A stretch of 64,000 bases of DNA, from contig CBDCEW010000097.1 in the NCBI GenBank assembly GCA_965215885.1, positions 32,001 to 96,000 of the forward strand, given 5' to 3'. Each line of letters starts with the position of its first letter. Positions within the stretch are counted from its first letter, which is position 1. Below, piece after piece: positions 61,830 to 64,000 of the stretch. The stretch comes from Candidatus Moanibacter sp. (GTDB lineage Bacteria > Verrucomicrobiota > Verrucomicrobiia > Opitutales > UBA2987). The notes under the pieces are model-generated. The model was not told the origin of the DNA, ran no database searches, and saw only the letters and a program-made list of their open reading frames with translations. The position numbers and the translations under genes are program-made.

Positions 61830-63985
61830 TTGGACATGGCAAAGGAATTCCGGCAGTTGGCTCTCGTGGCGGTCTTCAGCCTGACTATTCTCGTGGTGGT
61901 TGTCTCCATTTGGGCAGGTAGCCGAGCCGACGAGATTCGGGGTCCCACGGTGTTCGTACGGGACCACGCGGGGGACCTCTGGATCAGCGTCAACCGCGAT
62001 CTCTACGAGATCAACACCTCGGGTGAAATCTTGCAGACGATCGAAACGCAGGGAGACGAGGTGCTTGAAAAGGGTATTCAGGCGCTCGATGTCGACGCCT
62101 GGGGCGACCTGTTGGTGGGGTACGGAAAGACGGAGAAAATTCACCGCCTCTCGCCCGAGACTGGAGAACTGTTGGAAGTACTGGCGATTGCGTCGAAGGC
62201 GCCGACGAAGTTTCCCGGAGACGCTTACAAGTTCGCCATCGAATCCGAAACCGGTGATCTCTTTCTGGCCGACACGCGCAACCACCACATCCGGATTTTC
62301 AATGCGGAAAGGGAACTCAAAGGGACTTTTGGCGAACAGGGTGAAAACCCGGAGCAGTTTCATTTCCCCAATGATATCCGCTTCGGGCCGGACGGGCTTC
62401 TTTACATTTCGGATACCAACAACCACCGGATCGGAGCGTTCGACCGCGCCGGGGACCATCGGTTTTCGGTTAAGACAATCGACTCGGAAGTCTCCTCGGA
62501 GATGGTCTGGCCGACACGATTCATATTTGCTTCCGACGGCTCGATCTTCGTGATCAACAAGGGGCCGATGTTAGTCGGCGGCGAGATAGTCCGGCTCCAC
62601 CGGGAGGACGGAATTCTCGATCGCATCGAACTGCCACCAGGTGCCGATCCGATGAAATTGTTGCCGGTGGACGGCGATCTGTGGGTGACAGACGAGGCGC
62701 GCTGCCAGGGTTTGCGCTACACATTGGAGGGCGAGCGGTTGGAGAACGTCGAATCAGGCGAATTCGAGGAACTGCTCTCCGCACTCCACTTTGAGCGAAC
62801 CTATTATCGATCGATTACGTCCAAGGCTCAGCGCGGCCTCTTCATTCTCCTATTACTGCTCATTGTCATTTATTTTTTCGAGCGCAGGCAGAAGGCGAAC
62901 GAGGTCGCGGTGGAAGATCCCCTGGCCGGACGGTTGGACCTGCGGGAGATACCGATGATTGCGTTTCCGCTTAAGAAGAAGCTCAAATGCGCGGCGCTGC
63001 TCGTCGGGGTATGGTTTGGCGGGAGTATCCTAATAACGTTGATCGTGATGGGCCTGTCTGTCGTTGGCGAGAGCACAGCAGACGGAGAAGTAGGCTCCCT
63101 GGCTTTCCGAATCGTGACATGGTTGCTCCTGCTAACTCTCGCTGTTGCCATTTTTTTTATATTTGCCGGCGCCGTTCGAGACGGGGCTTTTCACCGAATG
63201 AATCTGAAGAGGGTCGAAAAAGTGTTCGACAAGCAGAAGGGCAACCTCGGCAATACCCTCGCGCCCGACGAGGTCATCCGCCTTCGGGGAACGCCGAGAA
63301 TGCTCGGACGGGGATTTTTATTAACACTCCTGGGGGCCCCTTCTTCTCCGATGTCAACCTCTTCGTCGTCACCACCAGACGGATTCTCCTTCTCACAACG
63401 GACCTCTTCGCCACCGGTCTGCGGAAGATCCAGGAAATCTCCTTCGCACGGATTGAAGAGATGGACATGTCATCCACGCTAACCGTGCAGCGGTGGTTGC
63501 ACCGATGGTTCGGATCCGGTTTCCTTGCCATAAAACTGACCGGCCAGGTCCGCCCTCTCCGCTTCGTGTTCACCGATGCCGCGCAGGCCGAAGCAGCCCG
63601 CGAGGAGATTCTCGATCGCGCTGCGCAGATCGAAGACGGGGATTTCCCCAGCCCCGGACGCATCTGCCTCAAATGTTTCCAATCAGCGCCCGCACACTTA
63701 ATCGCATGCCCAGCCTGCGGCCATGCCGAGCGACCCGCCTGGATCCCGCCCCTCTGCTCGCTCTTATACCCGGGAGTAGGGCAACTCCTCAATCACAACC
63801 TAATCAAAGGTGTGATATTGTTTACCATAGCTTCGTTTGTCCTTCTCAGCGAAGCTTCCCTCACATTGATCGCCGTTACCGGTACCGCGGAAATTCTCGA
63901 CGAAACCCTTAACGACCTTCTTCTCACCCATCTCCTCCTCGCTACCATCGCCACGGCGGACGCGTATTTCTCGGCGAAACGGTGA
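61830..63985 (+). pseudogene. NHL-repeat beta-propeller membrane protein with PH-like, Zn-ribbon and TM C-terminus; frameshift at the G5C4 run near 63335
   Basis: NHL repeats (FHFPNDI....DG.LYISDTNNHRI; LADTRNHHI). Continues in a second frame with VVTTRRIL, CLKC...CPACG and SLLYPGVGQ. Confidence 0.72.
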
Positions 63986-64000
63986 AGAGGAGGATTTTTG

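Overview
Bacterial chromosomal window of moderately high GC. It is probably Verrucomicrobiota/Opitutales-like; this is an inference from the style of the pilin, AroE, SirB1 and ParE sequences. Housekeeping genes (asnS, parE, aroE, yggS, NUDIX hydrolase, pilin) are interleaved with four main blocks. (1) A nucleobase-catabolism region: hydA, frameshifted mmsA, prpBCD, xdhCAB, an ATCase-like plus a YgeW-like transcarbamylase plus carbamate kinase, and ssnA. (2) A desaturase-AsnB-MFS cassette. (3) An E. coli-type frdABCD lying between two fragments of a broken amidohydrolase. (4) A CusCBA Cu/Ag efflux operon with a Cys-rich leader ORF and a four-helix-bundle remnant. Mobile DNA is dense: IS1380, a decayed ISL3, two copies of a 1.9-kb DDE IS, several CTAG-bounded MITEs, REP-like palindromes and short-period repeat arrays. 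The top leads are the tandem transcarbamylases with a remodelled ATCase substrate pocket (a candidate ATP-conserving variant of ureide/purine breakdown), a DEP domain fused to a flavin disulfide reductase, a recurring TCCCGGC-N2-GCCGGGA palindrome with a perfect 70-bp palindrome, and short templated insertions including an in-frame 27-nt IS-end copy in the ParE ATP lid, which may be an assembly artefact. No rRNA, tRNA or CRISPR array was recognised. All calls are by eye; no database searches were run.
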